Shown: positions 39,500 to 52,040 of the stretch, piece after piece | How positions within the stretch are numbered: position 1 is the first letter of the stretch | Layout: every line of letters starts with the position of its first letter | Program-made: the position numbers and the translations under genes | Assembly: GCF_902459465.1 (NCBI RefSeq) | Contig: NC_047083.1 | Span: forward strand, 8,990,001 to 9,054,000 | DNA from: Asterias rubens | Lineage: Eukaryota | DNA: 64,000 nt | Direction: 5' to 3' | Notes under the pieces: model-generated | Databases searched by the model: none | Seen by the model: the letters and a program-made list of their open reading frames with translations, nothing else | Told to the model about the DNA's origin: nothing

Positions 39500-40003
39500 G
39501 TTCTAACTGTTTGACTATTCAATATCATCCACTGTTGTTTTGGATGCATCAGAACAGTACACAGTCAACCCTCCTACTGTCTGACCATTCATTATCACCC
39601 ACTTTTGTTTATAATGCATCTACACAGTACACAGTCAACCCTCCTACTGTCTGACCATTCATTTTCATCCACTGTCATTTTGGATGCATCAGAACAGCCA
39701 ACTCTCCAACTGTCCAATAGTTCATTATCATTCACTGTTGTTGTGGATGAATCTGCACAGTACACAGTCAACCCCCCTACTGTCTGACCATTCATTATCA
39801 CCCACTGTTGTTGTGGATGAATCTGCACAGTACACAGTCAACCCTCCTACGGTCTGACCATTCATTATCACCCACTGTTGTTGTGGATGAATCTGCACAG
39901 TACACAGTCAACCCTCCTACTGTCTGACCATTCATTATCATTCACTGTTGTTGTGGATGAATCTGCACAGTACACAGTCAACCTTCCAACCGTCTAACCA
40001 TTC
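39500..40003. repeat. Minisatellite, 70-bp unit, about 7 copies
   Basis: tacacagtcaaccctcctactgtctgaccattcattatc starts at 39558, 39628, 39761, 39831, 39901 and 39971, plus one degenerate unit. Confidence 0.9.
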
Positions 40004-40574
40004 AAAAAAAAAATCACTCTGAGGCTTATTGTAAATTTCCAATTGATTTTTAATTGTTCTAGAGCACACCTGTGATGACCAATGTTAATAGCATTCTTAG
40101 TTGAACTTCACTTGATATACAAAGAACATCATGCACATGAGCTAATGCTTCAACTTTTTAATTTTAACAAAGTGTTAACATTTTAATTAATGTTCAAAGT
40201 TAATCACTGTTTTGTCTGATGACAATTTTGTACTGTGTGTATATATTATTACATTGATGGAAGTGAATAAAAATGTTGAACAAATAATTACAAAATAATG
40301 ATTTCCCAGTATGTTTGCTTTTTCTTTTTATGATTGTTCCTGAGCGGGTTGGAACTCAAGATGCTGGGTTCAACATTCTATCTTGTATTTTATGCTAGTT
40401 CGTCGGGAGGCTGTGTATTTGTTTATATTTCAACCTTTTTACAAATAATACATATATATACATATATACATAAATTCTTCTTTTTCCCCGTTTCTTCTTA
40501 GGAAGTGCTACCCACACAACTTGGTAAATTCGTAGAGAACTTTGCAAAAAATTTAAAAGGCAATTTTTCATTAA

Positions 40575-40950
40575 AGGCAGTGGACACTATTGATAATTGT
40601 CAAAGACTAGCCTTCACAGTTGGTGTATCTCAACATATGCATAAAATAACAAACCTGTGAAAATTTGAGCTGAATTGGTCGTCGAAGTTGTGAGATAATA
40701 ACAAAAGAAAAAAGCGCCCTTGTCACACGAAGTTGTGTACTTTTAGATGGTTGATTTCGAGACCTCAAATTCTAAATCTGAGGTCTCAAAATCAAATTCG
40801 TGGAAAATTACTTCTTCCTCAACAACTATGTCACTTCAGAGGGAGCTGTTTCTCACAATGTTTTATACTGTCAACCATTCCCCATTACTTGTCACCAAGT
40901 AAAGTTGTATGCTAATAATTTTTGTTGAGTAATTGCCAATAGTGTCCACT
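40575..40950. mobile_element. Kolobok-like MITE family A
   Basis: ttaa|aggcagtggacactattgataattgtcaaagac ... aattgccaatagtgtccact; highly similar to 33048-33426. Confidence 0.8.
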
Positions 40951-41025
40951 TCTGATAAGTGTTGGAGCTAGTTTGTGTGGAGTTGGCATAGCTCACTGTG
41001 GACTTAAAAATGTACATTCATTCAT

Positions 41026-44000
41026 CTATTTATGTTGTGAGAGGTCCAGTGTTCGAGACAGTCTGAAGATGTGAGGCAACATTCCACTGAGCTGGGAGAA
41101 CAAATCGTCCGATATTCCCTGCAAGTTAAAAAAAATCAAATCAATTAGATTTAATATTTTCATGAAGGCCTTCATGAAAATAGTTGCTGATGAAACGCCA
41201 TACAATTAAGATAACTAGGGGAGAGTTAGTGTGTTGTGTATATTTAAAATGTGTTTTCAAATGCATTTTCAAAATATGGCAAAACCCCGGACAGAAATGT
41301 TTTTAACAATAAGTCTGTTTATAAAAATGATTTAAACTTGTAGATTGTTTGTAGGTACAATGTACTCAGTGCCTTGACAAACTGAAATATTTAAGACAGG
41401 ATTTTGAAGTTTTTGAACTATGAGACCGATTATTGTAGCCACCTTACAAAGGTTTACAGTGAAGGGAAACAATGTAAATGGTAACGGACTAAAAAGTGAA
41501 TTTTGTTCTTTTTACCTTTGGAACGACAAACTGGATTGTTCGACTCTCACTGCCTCCCCACTGTGCCATCTCCATCATGAACCCCTTCACACACTTCAAG
41601 ACAAGCTCCGCCCTCTTTACACACCATGGGATTGTCATTTCCTGAATAAATTAACAAATTTGCATAAGTCAATTGATTTGCATAACTTAGACTATTTCCT
41701 GAGACTCATTCCAGAGTTTGAGTCCAATGCTCTTGACCGCTCGGCCACAACACATCTGCTGTGATTTAGCAACTTCCGCCCAACTTCCCCCAAGACACAT
41801 CAATGAATATTCATGAATGTTAATCTTATCCACTTGGCCATGACACTCCAATGAATATTCATGATTGTAAATGTGGCTCACCTCATACATCTCATAGAGC
41901 AAGAATAGCGGCAAGGTGACGGAGAGAACATCAAACCGAACACAGCTCTTGAGGATGTTCCTAAGGGCAAGGATGCATGGATGACGAGAGTTGATGTCTC
42001 CGTTACGAAGGTTGTCATCAGTGACGAGATGGAACAGAACGTGAACCTCCGCTAAGTTAGAATGCTTAGTGATGTAGAAATCCCCTGAAAAGTAATTATT
42101 TATGTCCTTCGTTAAAGGGTTTGGGGATTTTTGTATGACAAAAAAACATACTTAACGTCCAAAGGTTTACACCAAACACAAACGTCCACAGATTTACAGT
42201 AAACTTACCGGTTTAAAAACAATAATTGTAGAAAGCTCCCCTGAAAATATTATTTGCTGAGGTGCTGTAGTTTTTTGAACATGAGTAAATTTTGATCAAT
42301 ATTTAATAGTTTTTAGTTTCACCCTTCACTATAAAGTCCTGAAAAAAAAACATTAATTCTTCTGCGCTTTTATGTTGTCCGCCATTTATCAAAATGTAGG
42401 CTAGTAATAGGCCTCAACTTTTCAACTTGCATCGGAATTTCAAAACTTGTTTCTACCTGCTTTGAGGTTCGATGTGATTTCTCCATCCTCGGAGGATTGT
42501 CTTGACTCGCTAGATGCTACTGATCGCCGGTCACCCCCACCATTGCTGGAACCTAACCAAAAAAGAGGAAACACAACTGTAAATTATAACTATATGCCTA
42601 GCTTCCAGCTCTACGATACCCTACCAAGAGTATCTGTCAAGATCAGGGACAGGAGGATGAGACTGGATGGCTACTGTTTCCGCCAACCAGAGCTAGCTTT
42701 GATCCCCTTAGTTCTTTGGAAATCCATCGATCGAAACAGGAGCAAAGGCAGGAGGAGACTTACATTCGCAGATAAGCTGAAGAAGGACGCAACTCAACAA
42801 GAAACAACTGAGCTTAGGACGTTGATGCTGGATCGAAATGCATGGAAGACGACCATTAGAGTTTCCTGAGAAGGCGTCGGCTGAAGACAACCTCTCGCTA
42901 AACTCACTCATACATTAATGTTCCTCAGAAGATGAGAAAACCAAAAGAACAAAAGGAAAATATTCTGAGGAACACGCCAAGGGTTTTCAATTAATATTTA
43001 CCATCTTGACTGAGTTTTTCAGCCTTCCTAGTCCGGCGTAGTGTATTAGCTTGCACAGCATGCTGCTGGATCACACGTAACTGTGTGTCCAAATCTGGAA
43101 AGTGGAAATCTGTAGACTGCTGACAGACAGCTGCAAAGTCTACAAATGAAAAATACAAATAATTCATAATTATTTTAAAGTTATAAAATTCCTAACCTCT
43201 GAAGAAGGTTTATGTAATTGGTTCTGTAGGCCTACCCCTTAACCACCTATCTCTTAGCAAGAAGCCAGGTATATATCAATCTTATCAGTCTAAACATTTG
43301 GTTGTTCAGTTACCATAGTGTGGAGTATTTTTATTGATTTTTTGCAGCTTCTATACACCAGAGGAAGTTTGTAAATTGTACATTTTAAAATTTGTCAGAA
43401 TTTCTTGAAAGAAATAGGTCACTTTTTGGAGTCAGAGGAACAGCGACCTTGCTTTGCTTCTGTTCACATTTATGCAAGCCAGAGTTAGGCTGGAAGGGAA
43501 AACTGTCTGGTACCCCTTTCTGGCTTGGGGGGTTGTTTACCACAATTGCCTAAGGGTATACGGGGAACATGACCCAAAGAGTGAGCTCACCTCGTTTGAT
43601 TCCCGTGTAGGAATTGATCCGGTCATCCACCATGAGTATAAGCCCGGACAACGAACCAGAGAACAAGGACATTGCTGTCTGTAATCTCTGGGGTTGAGGT
43701 TGAGGAGTTCCCCTGTAAAGGTTAAAGGTCAAAGGTTAAAGGTGAATGAAGGGGAAATACACCTGAGTAAAGAGGAGCAATTATGGTTAAGTGTTTTGCT
43801 CAAAAACACAAGTAATATTACCGGAATCAAACCCCTCTGATGATTCAACTATCAGAACTTAAGTTTGAGGCAGTAGACCATTGATCCAGTCATGGCAAGT
43901 CACCATCTTAAAATCTTGTGAAACACTCATTGACCAAAAAATAGTAGCACTCACCCATCTCTGTTGGGCTTGTGTTTACACAAATCCAAGACGTCTCTGG

Positions 44001-47000
44001 ACATCAGACGTATGTTGTGCATCGTCTTCATTTGGGCACCTGAACGTGAAAACAGGTAAAGGAAGTTGTTAAATATCGTTTCAAGCAAATGGTTTTGTTA
44101 ATCTTCACCAGGTAAAATGATATTCTTAACTTGAGTCTTGAGTTTTTTTGTTTTCAATTACCAAGATGAATTGTAAAGCTCTCCTCAAGTTTGGGTTCTT
44201 CAACGATAACTTCTCTCCTCGTTGGGGGCAGCAGATCGGACATGGCTCGGATCCGCCGACTGACGGGTCCTTCTGTCCCATTCTCCATGTCATCTCGTAT
44301 CTGCTGGATCCATGTTCTGAATTCCTCTCTCTGTGAGTCTTGTAGGTTTTTAAGCTCGCTGTGCCATTTCGCTTCTTCACGCTGGGAAAAAATGTCAAAT
44401 TTCACTTTTTTCGTTACCAAAGGTGACTTATTTTTACTTGACTCATACTCCCGCTTCCTTACCATAGGTGACTTTAATCAACTACACTCATATACCCTTT
44501 ATTCCTTACCAAAGAGGCATTTGTCACTTTAAGACCAGTGCACTTTGCTGTTGTGCACTAGATGGCTTGCCATCACCACCACAACAATACATACCTGTAT
44601 ATTATCAAAATGTTGCGCAGCTAGCCTGTTAACTTGCTGGTCATTGTGAGTGTAGTCCAGGTTCTGCACTGCTTGTTGTATTTGCACCGCTTGCCTTTAA
44701 AAAAAAAAATGCATGGTTAACAAAACATTATGCTATACTTTTATATTGATAATTTGTTTGTAAAAAAAAAAAAAAAGTAAAAACTGCCAATTTGACATCC
44801 CTTTGTATAAACATTTTTCCATTGTCTTTGATTCTATTAGAACAGAGTGTGGGTTTGAGTCCTGGCCCCGAAATTCATTGCTTCTCTTAACCGTGGTGTA
44901 TAAGGAACCTGAGACAGTCTTGTCGCTTTAACTGAGCAGCTAGGGGTTGTTTGTGCCAAGGTGTTGAGAAAGTTAAAGAAATTATCTTAAAGTATGCCCG
45001 ATAAACAGGGACTTGCGCCTTGATCTAGTTGCTAGGATATGTGCACTTATTATAAGAACCAATTAGTTGGTGGGCGTGAATAAACCCTCTTGTAAAGTAT
45101 ACTGAAGACCGTACGTTTCTTGAAGTTTAGCTAAAGCTTGATCTCTCTGTATCAGAACATCCTCAACGGCCACAGCGTAAGTGTGTTCCAAACGAAACAA
45201 AATCTCCAATGCCGGTGAGTGTATAAGCTTGTGGTACAATTCCGCAAATCCCACTTCTGGTTTGGGCTTACTGTCTGGTGCATATGCCACACACTCCTGT
45301 TGATTCATAAACCATTGAGAGAACACAAGTTCAGAGTCGATACAAATTTATTTTCAAAGTCTTTCACAGTTCTAAGTGTTGCTAATAAAACAAAACATGT
45401 TGAAGCTAAAGGTTAATTAGCTTCTGACTGACAAAAAAAGAAAGAAAATATATTGTCAAAATAAAAAGACTGCCAACATAGGGCTAGATATTTATACAGG
45501 CATGATACATGTATTTGGTCCTGTAAAATGAAACACATGTTTAATTATAATGTCAGGATTAAAATGTATTCTATCATGTCTTTAAAAGTTTATTGACAAG
45601 TTCCAAATACCTGTGTGTAAGCCTTTGCCCATTTGTCAGCAATATTTCCGATGTCGTCATCGCCGGCCTTCTGTAATGATTCAATGGCCTCCTGGGCATT
45701 GTTATTATGAAAGGTTGTCGTTTCCTTGGTAACAAATTTGTCAAGCTTCAACGTTATGTCTGTAAAACAAAGATCAAAAGTGAAAAAAGAAAAATTGATT
45801 TCACTATCTTTGATGCTGGAATCTTACTTTGACTATCAGGAGGAAGGGGATGTTTAGGTTATTGCAGTACAATTATTACAACTGAATATGTATGTATGAT
45901 TTGGATTGTTTAACGTAGGTAGCATTCAATTAACAATGAGCTGAGGAGTGAGTAACATTAGGTTTTTTTGTGTGAACAGAATATATTCAGGTTCAGTCAT
46001 TTACTTGATCCACCATGTTCATTTTTAGCAATTGGTCCTCTTTTTGATTTTTTTTACAAAAAATATCAGGCTAGCTCGAGCTCTCAGAGTGTCAGTGGTA
46101 GTGGTAACAAGACATCTGGGGTGGATTTCACAAAGGTAGTCCTAACTTAGGACTAGTCCTAGGCAATGCTAAGAGATAGGACCAGTCCTAAGTTAGGATG
46201 AGTTACTGGTCCTAACTTAGGACCAGTCCTATCTCTTACTTAGCATTGCTTAGGACTACCTTTGTGAAATCCACCCCTGCCCTCACAAGCAAAAGGTTGT
46301 TAGTTTGAATCCACCACAAGCGATTTGCCAGAGTTTTTTGTTTCACAGATTGACAGATCCTGGAAAAGTACTGACTGAGTGTACAGAACAGAACAGCAAA
46401 GCACACTGCCCCAACCAGTTAATACTCAGTCAAATTGAATTTGTGGATGTGGGTAATTCTACCTCCATGGTCTAACTCTGTAGGTGTAGCAGTCTTGTCT
46501 AATTTTATTTTTATAAATATAAAACAAAAAACAAACAAAGAAACATCTTAAATATGTATCTGAATGCATTATAATTATATGCTTTAGAAGTTACAGAATG
46601 TTGCGTAGACGAGCAAACTGAGTCGGAGTGTGACTTTTATCACAGTCAGAGTAACTTTTATTAGAGAGAAACAACAAGTACATGTAACATCAAAACATGG
46701 TCTCTTATAATACACAAGAAGTAGTAAACAAGGTCGCTTGAGGGCGCTATAAACTTTGTCTAAGTCCTCAATTCAACACAGAAAATTAGTTTGGCATTCA
46801 TAGTATTATTATGAACATAATTCTTTGTTCAAATTTTCAATCCAAGTACAACCACACACACTGACAGTGACTGGGCGTTTGTTTACGTTTTACCTTCCTC
46901 AACAAAACACGGTAGATTGTGGGCGGTGACCAGCCTCCCGACAAACTCTCGAGTGCTTATTCCAAGAGGGATTGGGACTGGAACTCGGAGCTTAGAATAT

Positions 47001-47053
47001 AATTCCTTTGTCTTGAACTGAAAGTTGAACTCTTTATCTACCCCTGCCGACAT
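41026..47053 (-). CDS. FERRY3: FERRY complex subunit 3 (C12orf4 homolog, DUF2362); 12 coding exons, 557 aa
   Basis: Exons (minus) 46894-47053, 45611-45759, 45115-45296, 44595-44694, 44162-44381, 43955-44039, 43591-43712, 43002-43139, 42457-42552, 41882-42084, 41516-41641, 41026-41118; total 1674 nt in phase. Motifs: [42 protein letters not shown]...[43 protein letters not shown], all matching human C12orf4. Confidence 0.95.
42600..42895 (+). mobile_element. 3' fragment of an RTE-clade non-LTR retrotransposon in a FERRY3 intron
   Basis: Translation [61 protein letters not shown]...[13 protein letters not shown] resembles the RTE ORF C-terminus (RRLRLAGHC.R ... VLW ... GR..TY.D.L..D ... DR..WR). 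Confidence 0.75.
46116..46279. mobile_element. Palindromic MITE, same family as 3322-3475
   Basis: ggggtggatttcacaaaggtagtcctaa ... ttaggactacctttgtgaaatccacccc near-perfect inverted repeat. Confidence 0.8.
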
Positions 47054-47508
47054 TTTGATGAAGATCCTCCGTCGCGATGACAATGAAAAGGGAGAAAAAC
47101 CAGCGAGTTTCTATTACACGATGAAGGAATAGGAAGGTTGACCTTTCAAAGTGAGGTCAAATTTAGAGGCACAGTCACTATTTCTAAAAAAAACACTGTT
47201 TTTTAATTTATTAAAATAAAAGTTAAAACGTGCTTTTGAAATAATAAATAATAATTTAATATCAAATTAATTTTTTAAATTGAAATAATGTGAGTTATTT
47301 GTCAATAATTACGTTAAAATTAAGTTTAAAAAGAATTATTTATTACTGACCTCTGACCTAAATTATATTTCAGTCCGAGTCGCGCGAACTTACAAATTCT
47401 CAGCACAAAATGTGAAGTTTGTTTACTATATTTTTCATACATCAAGCAGGCTTAATACATTGATAGAATTGTTTCGAGTTTAATAGAAGGGTCAGGAAAT
47501 TAAGGAAT
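47054..47508. promoter_or_regulatory. Bidirectional FERRY3/RAD51AP1 promoter
   Basis: The start codons diverge 455 bp apart. E2F-like TCGCGCGA at 47380-47387 and DR1 TGACCT-C-TGACCT at 47347-47359. Confidence 0.7.
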
Positions 47509-50500
47509 ATGTCAGACAGTCGCAAATCATCCAGGTAATCTTTTTATTCTAAAGTTAAAGTATAATTTGGTAAACTGTTCGTTGGCCTGAAGTTGAATGA
47601 ACTGTGATATGAAGAAGCTCACCGACTTTGGTTGGTAAAAATTTCAATATTGTGATATTTAAAAAATTAATTTTCAGATCAAGGAAGACGGTGTGCTATT
47701 CAAAATTTGGTGAAGACGATAGTGATGGTAAGGTTACTTTTATTTCTCAGAGTTTTTAGACCCCCTTTTTGGACCAAAAATGTGAACATTTTGTGATGAT
47801 TGTTATTGTTTTGTAAAATGTTTTGTAACTTTCCTCTCTGCAATTTTTATCTCTGTTGATTGACCCCACCCCAAAATGTGTCAGAGTATTGAAAAGAACA
47901 GTTTTATTTTGTCAATACTAACTGAGCAGTGTCTTGAAACAATTGGTGGCCGGATTGACCATCTTCTCCCAGTTCTGATAATTCCTTGCAAAGTGAATAT
48001 ATGAATGTTGTAATATTTATTTGCTGTTGTGATATGTTTCTGTGTTTGTTTATTTATGAATATTTCTTCCATTTTAGGTTTTCGCGTGCAGCATTCTGTA
48101 AAAATGTTCAGTAATTGGTCAACTATAAATTGTTATCAATTTGATTTTGCTTGCATTGTTTTGCTTTAATTGATACACTCCCAGTCCCAACCCAACCCAC
48201 TCTTTCCTCCTGAGTTTTTTTTAAAGGAATTTTGTTAATTGATTTTTAGTTTAGGGTAGGCTTACGTTGTAGTGTGCATTTTTGTACTAATTTTCACGAA
48301 ATGTATTAAACGTCTTTAAATTCACAGCAATTCTTTTTTGTTTCATATTTTGCTCATAACAAGTGTATTATAAAATCTCTTTGTCTTTTCTTCTGAAATT
48401 TGATAGAAATTTGGTAAATTATTTTGGAAGTAATGTGCAATTTTGTATCTTTTGGGGGGCGATATTTAAGCCTAACTGTAATCTGTAACATCTCTTAATA
48501 ACAGTTACTAGAGGCCTACCCCTAAGTAGATACTTTAATTTTATGCTCCATATTGTTTCTTAAATCAATTTGAATCAACTGCAGTAGTTCAACTGTACTA
48601 CATCCAGACAGGAACAAGTTAAAACTATGATATTTTGTTTCCCTTCAAGATGACTTTGCTCGAGCAACACCCCCTCCGCCGAAAAAATCTAAGGTGGAGA
48701 AGAAAGACAAATTATCCAAGACCAACAGGAGCAAAGAATCAAAAGAGAAGAACTCGGCAGTTACAAATGACGACAACAACAGGGCTGACAGATGTAACAA
48801 AAGGACAGAGAGGTATGTGTGTCCCACCCCCCCCCCCCCACAAAGACATTTTCAGGCATGCAAACTTTTACTCCTAGAACTATGAGGTTAGTTCCACGAT
48901 CCTTCGTGGAGACGATAGAGGAATAAAACTCATAGCTCTAGGGGTAGCAACTTTTCAGCTCTACAGCTGAGTTTCTCTTAGTTTCATCAAAAAAGTTTGG
49001 TGAATTATACTATCTGTTGTTTTCTGCCATTTTGTTTTCTTAAAATATAAACAAATTGTGTTCCAGGCAAGGAGGAGCAGATGATTGGTCCCAGTTTCAA
49101 AAAGCTGCTTATAAAGCACAAAATAGCTAAGCAGTATAAAATTTGGCTACCACAATAGGGTTACCAGCCAAACTACCATGTCACATTTACAATTTGTGAC
49201 TGGTATCTTGCTAATACTTGCTTAGCAGAAAATTGATGAACACTATTTGCTGTTTAAGCAGCTCTATGAAATTGAGCCCTTCTTTTCTACCAGGTTGTCC
49301 TCGTACACAATTTGTCAACTAATACTCCCCTTGCATCTATTTTTCCTTCCGTGTTCTGGTCTAAGAATCTCCCCTGATGATAAAGCCTTTGATCGTGAAA
49401 TGCAACTTGCTCTGGAGCTATCAATGCACGACTCTGAAGAATCGCAGCCGACTGAGGCACCCTCAAACCATCCTCCATGCGGCAAGACGAAGGCAATTGA
49501 AGCGCAAATACACTTAACAGGTAAACTAAGTCAGGGCATTAAGCGTTAATATGGTATATAAATTGTTTACTTCTAATAGTTCTAATAATAATAATAAGAC
49601 ATTTGTAAAGCGCCTTGCAAAAGTCAATAGGGTTTTAGGAAAAGAAAGAACAATAATTTCAAGAAAAAAATTGAAATCTCGCCGATTACAATAGCTGTTC
49701 TTCTCGGAACATCTAATAATTGAATCACAAAGGATATAAAGAGCAAGTTGACACAAAAAAAGCTTCAAAAGACCAAATCTTCTTTAAATTTTTGTTTCTA
49801 ATAGCACCCAAAACAGAAAACTCATCCACCAGTGATTCAACCAGTGACGTCACAGACAACAAGGAAAACATGGTTGTCATGACGACCAAGCCGCCACCCT
49901 CCTTCCAAGAACCTGATGATGAGATCGTCTTTGTAGAATCTCTGGATGAGGATGAGGTTGTTGGAGGAAGGCGGAAGAGGAAAGCGGCCAAGGAGGCGGT
50001 TGCCAAGCAACGGAAGATGGCCGGTGAAGAGTGCGAGGAGAAAGAGGACACAGAGTTTACAGTTGGTACGAGAAATAGTTTAATAAGTGTTGTTTAATAA
50101 ATCTATTTACTGTTGTTATTATGAACCGAAAGAAGTCGTGATGGCCATTTAAATTAAACTATTTCAATTTGTTTTTGCATATTAGACTGCAACGCAGCAA
50201 TCAGTTCTGATGAATTCGATAGTGGCGACGCCGACAGCGATTATGAAGAATTCACTGCATCAAAGAAAAAGACGAAGCGAGTAGGGAAGGGCAAAGGAAA
50301 GAGCCCCAAGTCTGCAGAGAGGAGTGCGAGGACTCCAGCAATCGGGAAGAAGGGTGCTGGGGACAGCAAACCAAAACCAACACCTAACAGAATGGCCATT
50401 ACAAGTAAGTTGATGAGGTTGGAGGCGCTTAAGGGGCTCAATTTTTGAAGTTTTCCTTTTTTTAGCAGACCTGCTTCTTGTCATTCTTCCCAAGTCTTCA

Positions 50501-51524
50501 CACAGAATTAAAGATCCAGCAGAAAACTACTTCAAACTTACCCCTAAACTTCTGGACGTACATTCCCTCCACACGGCATATATTTAATGACAAGTGGTGA
50601 GAGTTATCGTTGAACAACAAGATTGCGCTGTGTTCAAAGTTTGCGCCCCAAGTGGTGAGAGTTATCGTTGAACAAGATTGCGCTGTGTTCAAAGTTTGCG
50701 CCCCAGCTATTCTGAGCGGATATTTAAATCAGTCAGATTTGAGAATTGGATGTACAGTGTACTTAAACTTACAAAGGACCCCCACTTGATGGCACTTTTT
50801 TATTTTTCCCACTGTTTTTCTTTAGGTAAGACAAATAAACCTTCCACCCCGGTAACCCCCCTAGCAAGACGCCCCCAGGCCGCTGGTCCAGTGAGCAACC
50901 CAGTCACCCCCCTAGCAAGACGCCCCCAGGCTACAGGTCCAGTCAGGGGCTTCACACCGCCAGGGAGCCTCGAAGGGAACAAGCGGGCGACCCTACCATC
51001 CCCGCTACCCGTCAAACGAACGACTTGGTCCTCACCATCAAGTGAGTATTATTAAAAAAAAATAATTATTCAGTATTAAAAATTAAGTTGAGGTAATAAA
51101 TGTGAATTTGTTGCTCAAGAAGTTATCCAAACAAAACATAAAGCTCAGTTTTATAACACTAATTTTGTTTTTTTAACCTTACACCGATATGTGTTAGCAC
51201 TGTGTACTCCGTACTTTCTTGAGTTCTGTGGGGAAAAAATCACGGGCATATTACTCAGGATTCAAACCCAAAAGGGATATTAAAAGTTTATTTATCTATC
51301 TATCTATCTGTCAAAACATTTCTGTATCTCCTTAACCTTTGAAAAAAACAAAAACGTTTTGAACAAAAATCTCATTTTCTCAATTTTGTTTGTGTTTTAC
51401 AGGTTCAAATGAGGCCAACCCACTGGGAGGAGTCAAACTAGTCTCCCCCAACCAGCACATGAGACTCGGTCTGTCCAGAAATATAAGGATAAAACCACTG
51501 CATCCGAATGCTAAGGCGATTTGA
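47509..51524 (+). CDS. RAD51AP1: RAD51-associated protein 1 homolog (RAD51AP1/NUCKS family); 8 coding exons, 403 aa
   Basis: Exons 47509-47534, 47678-47727, 48650-48812, 49366-49520, 49805-50065, 50186-50404, 50826-51041, 51403-51524; total 1212 nt in phase. N-terminal RKTVCYSKFGEDDSDDDF, DDKAFDREMQLALELSM, RKRKAAKEAVAKQRK, and C-terminal RAD51-binding SPNQHMRLGLSRNIRIKPLHPNA* (human SPNQSLRLGLSRLARVKPLHPNA). The exon 4 acceptor could alternatively be at 49274. Confidence 0.9.
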
Positions 51525-52040
51525 TGCCTTGATTGAAGACTAGCTGCAACTTAGGGTTGAGGGCGCCCTTTAATCTCATGAAATTATGTTAGATGCATTT
51601 TTAGCTTATTTTTTTAGCCTGTTTTTTTTTTTTTTTTTATGCTTTTCATTTGATTCACTATGGGTATTTGATGATGATAAACATTAGAAATGTAAAGTGT
51701 ACATTTTTTATGGTGACTGCTTTATATTCTTCCAATCTCGAACTGTATAGTCTTACTCAGTGCGCCCTATACTCATATTTTATCTAAATATTTGTAAATA
51801 AATTACTGTAAATTAACACACGGCATACTAGCCGGACCAAATCAAACTATTGGAGTGACAAATAAAAAAAGGATGAAGTGTGGCGAAAACTTTTCTCTCA
51901 GACAGTACTATCATTGGTGTTGTGTTGCCTCATGTGTCAAATCAATTCGATTTAAATAAACTATTTGTGTTCTTTGATCAAAGTTTACAAATAAAAATCA
52001 AAACAAAATAAAGAAAATAACAAATAATTCTCTTAAGAAC

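Noticed and set aside
33161-40915. Repeated short ORFs containing LISRPQ.LNLRS.NQIRGKLLL (33161, 34078, 37350, 40733)
   Set aside because: Recurrent translations of MITE family A internal sequence; no transposase motifs.
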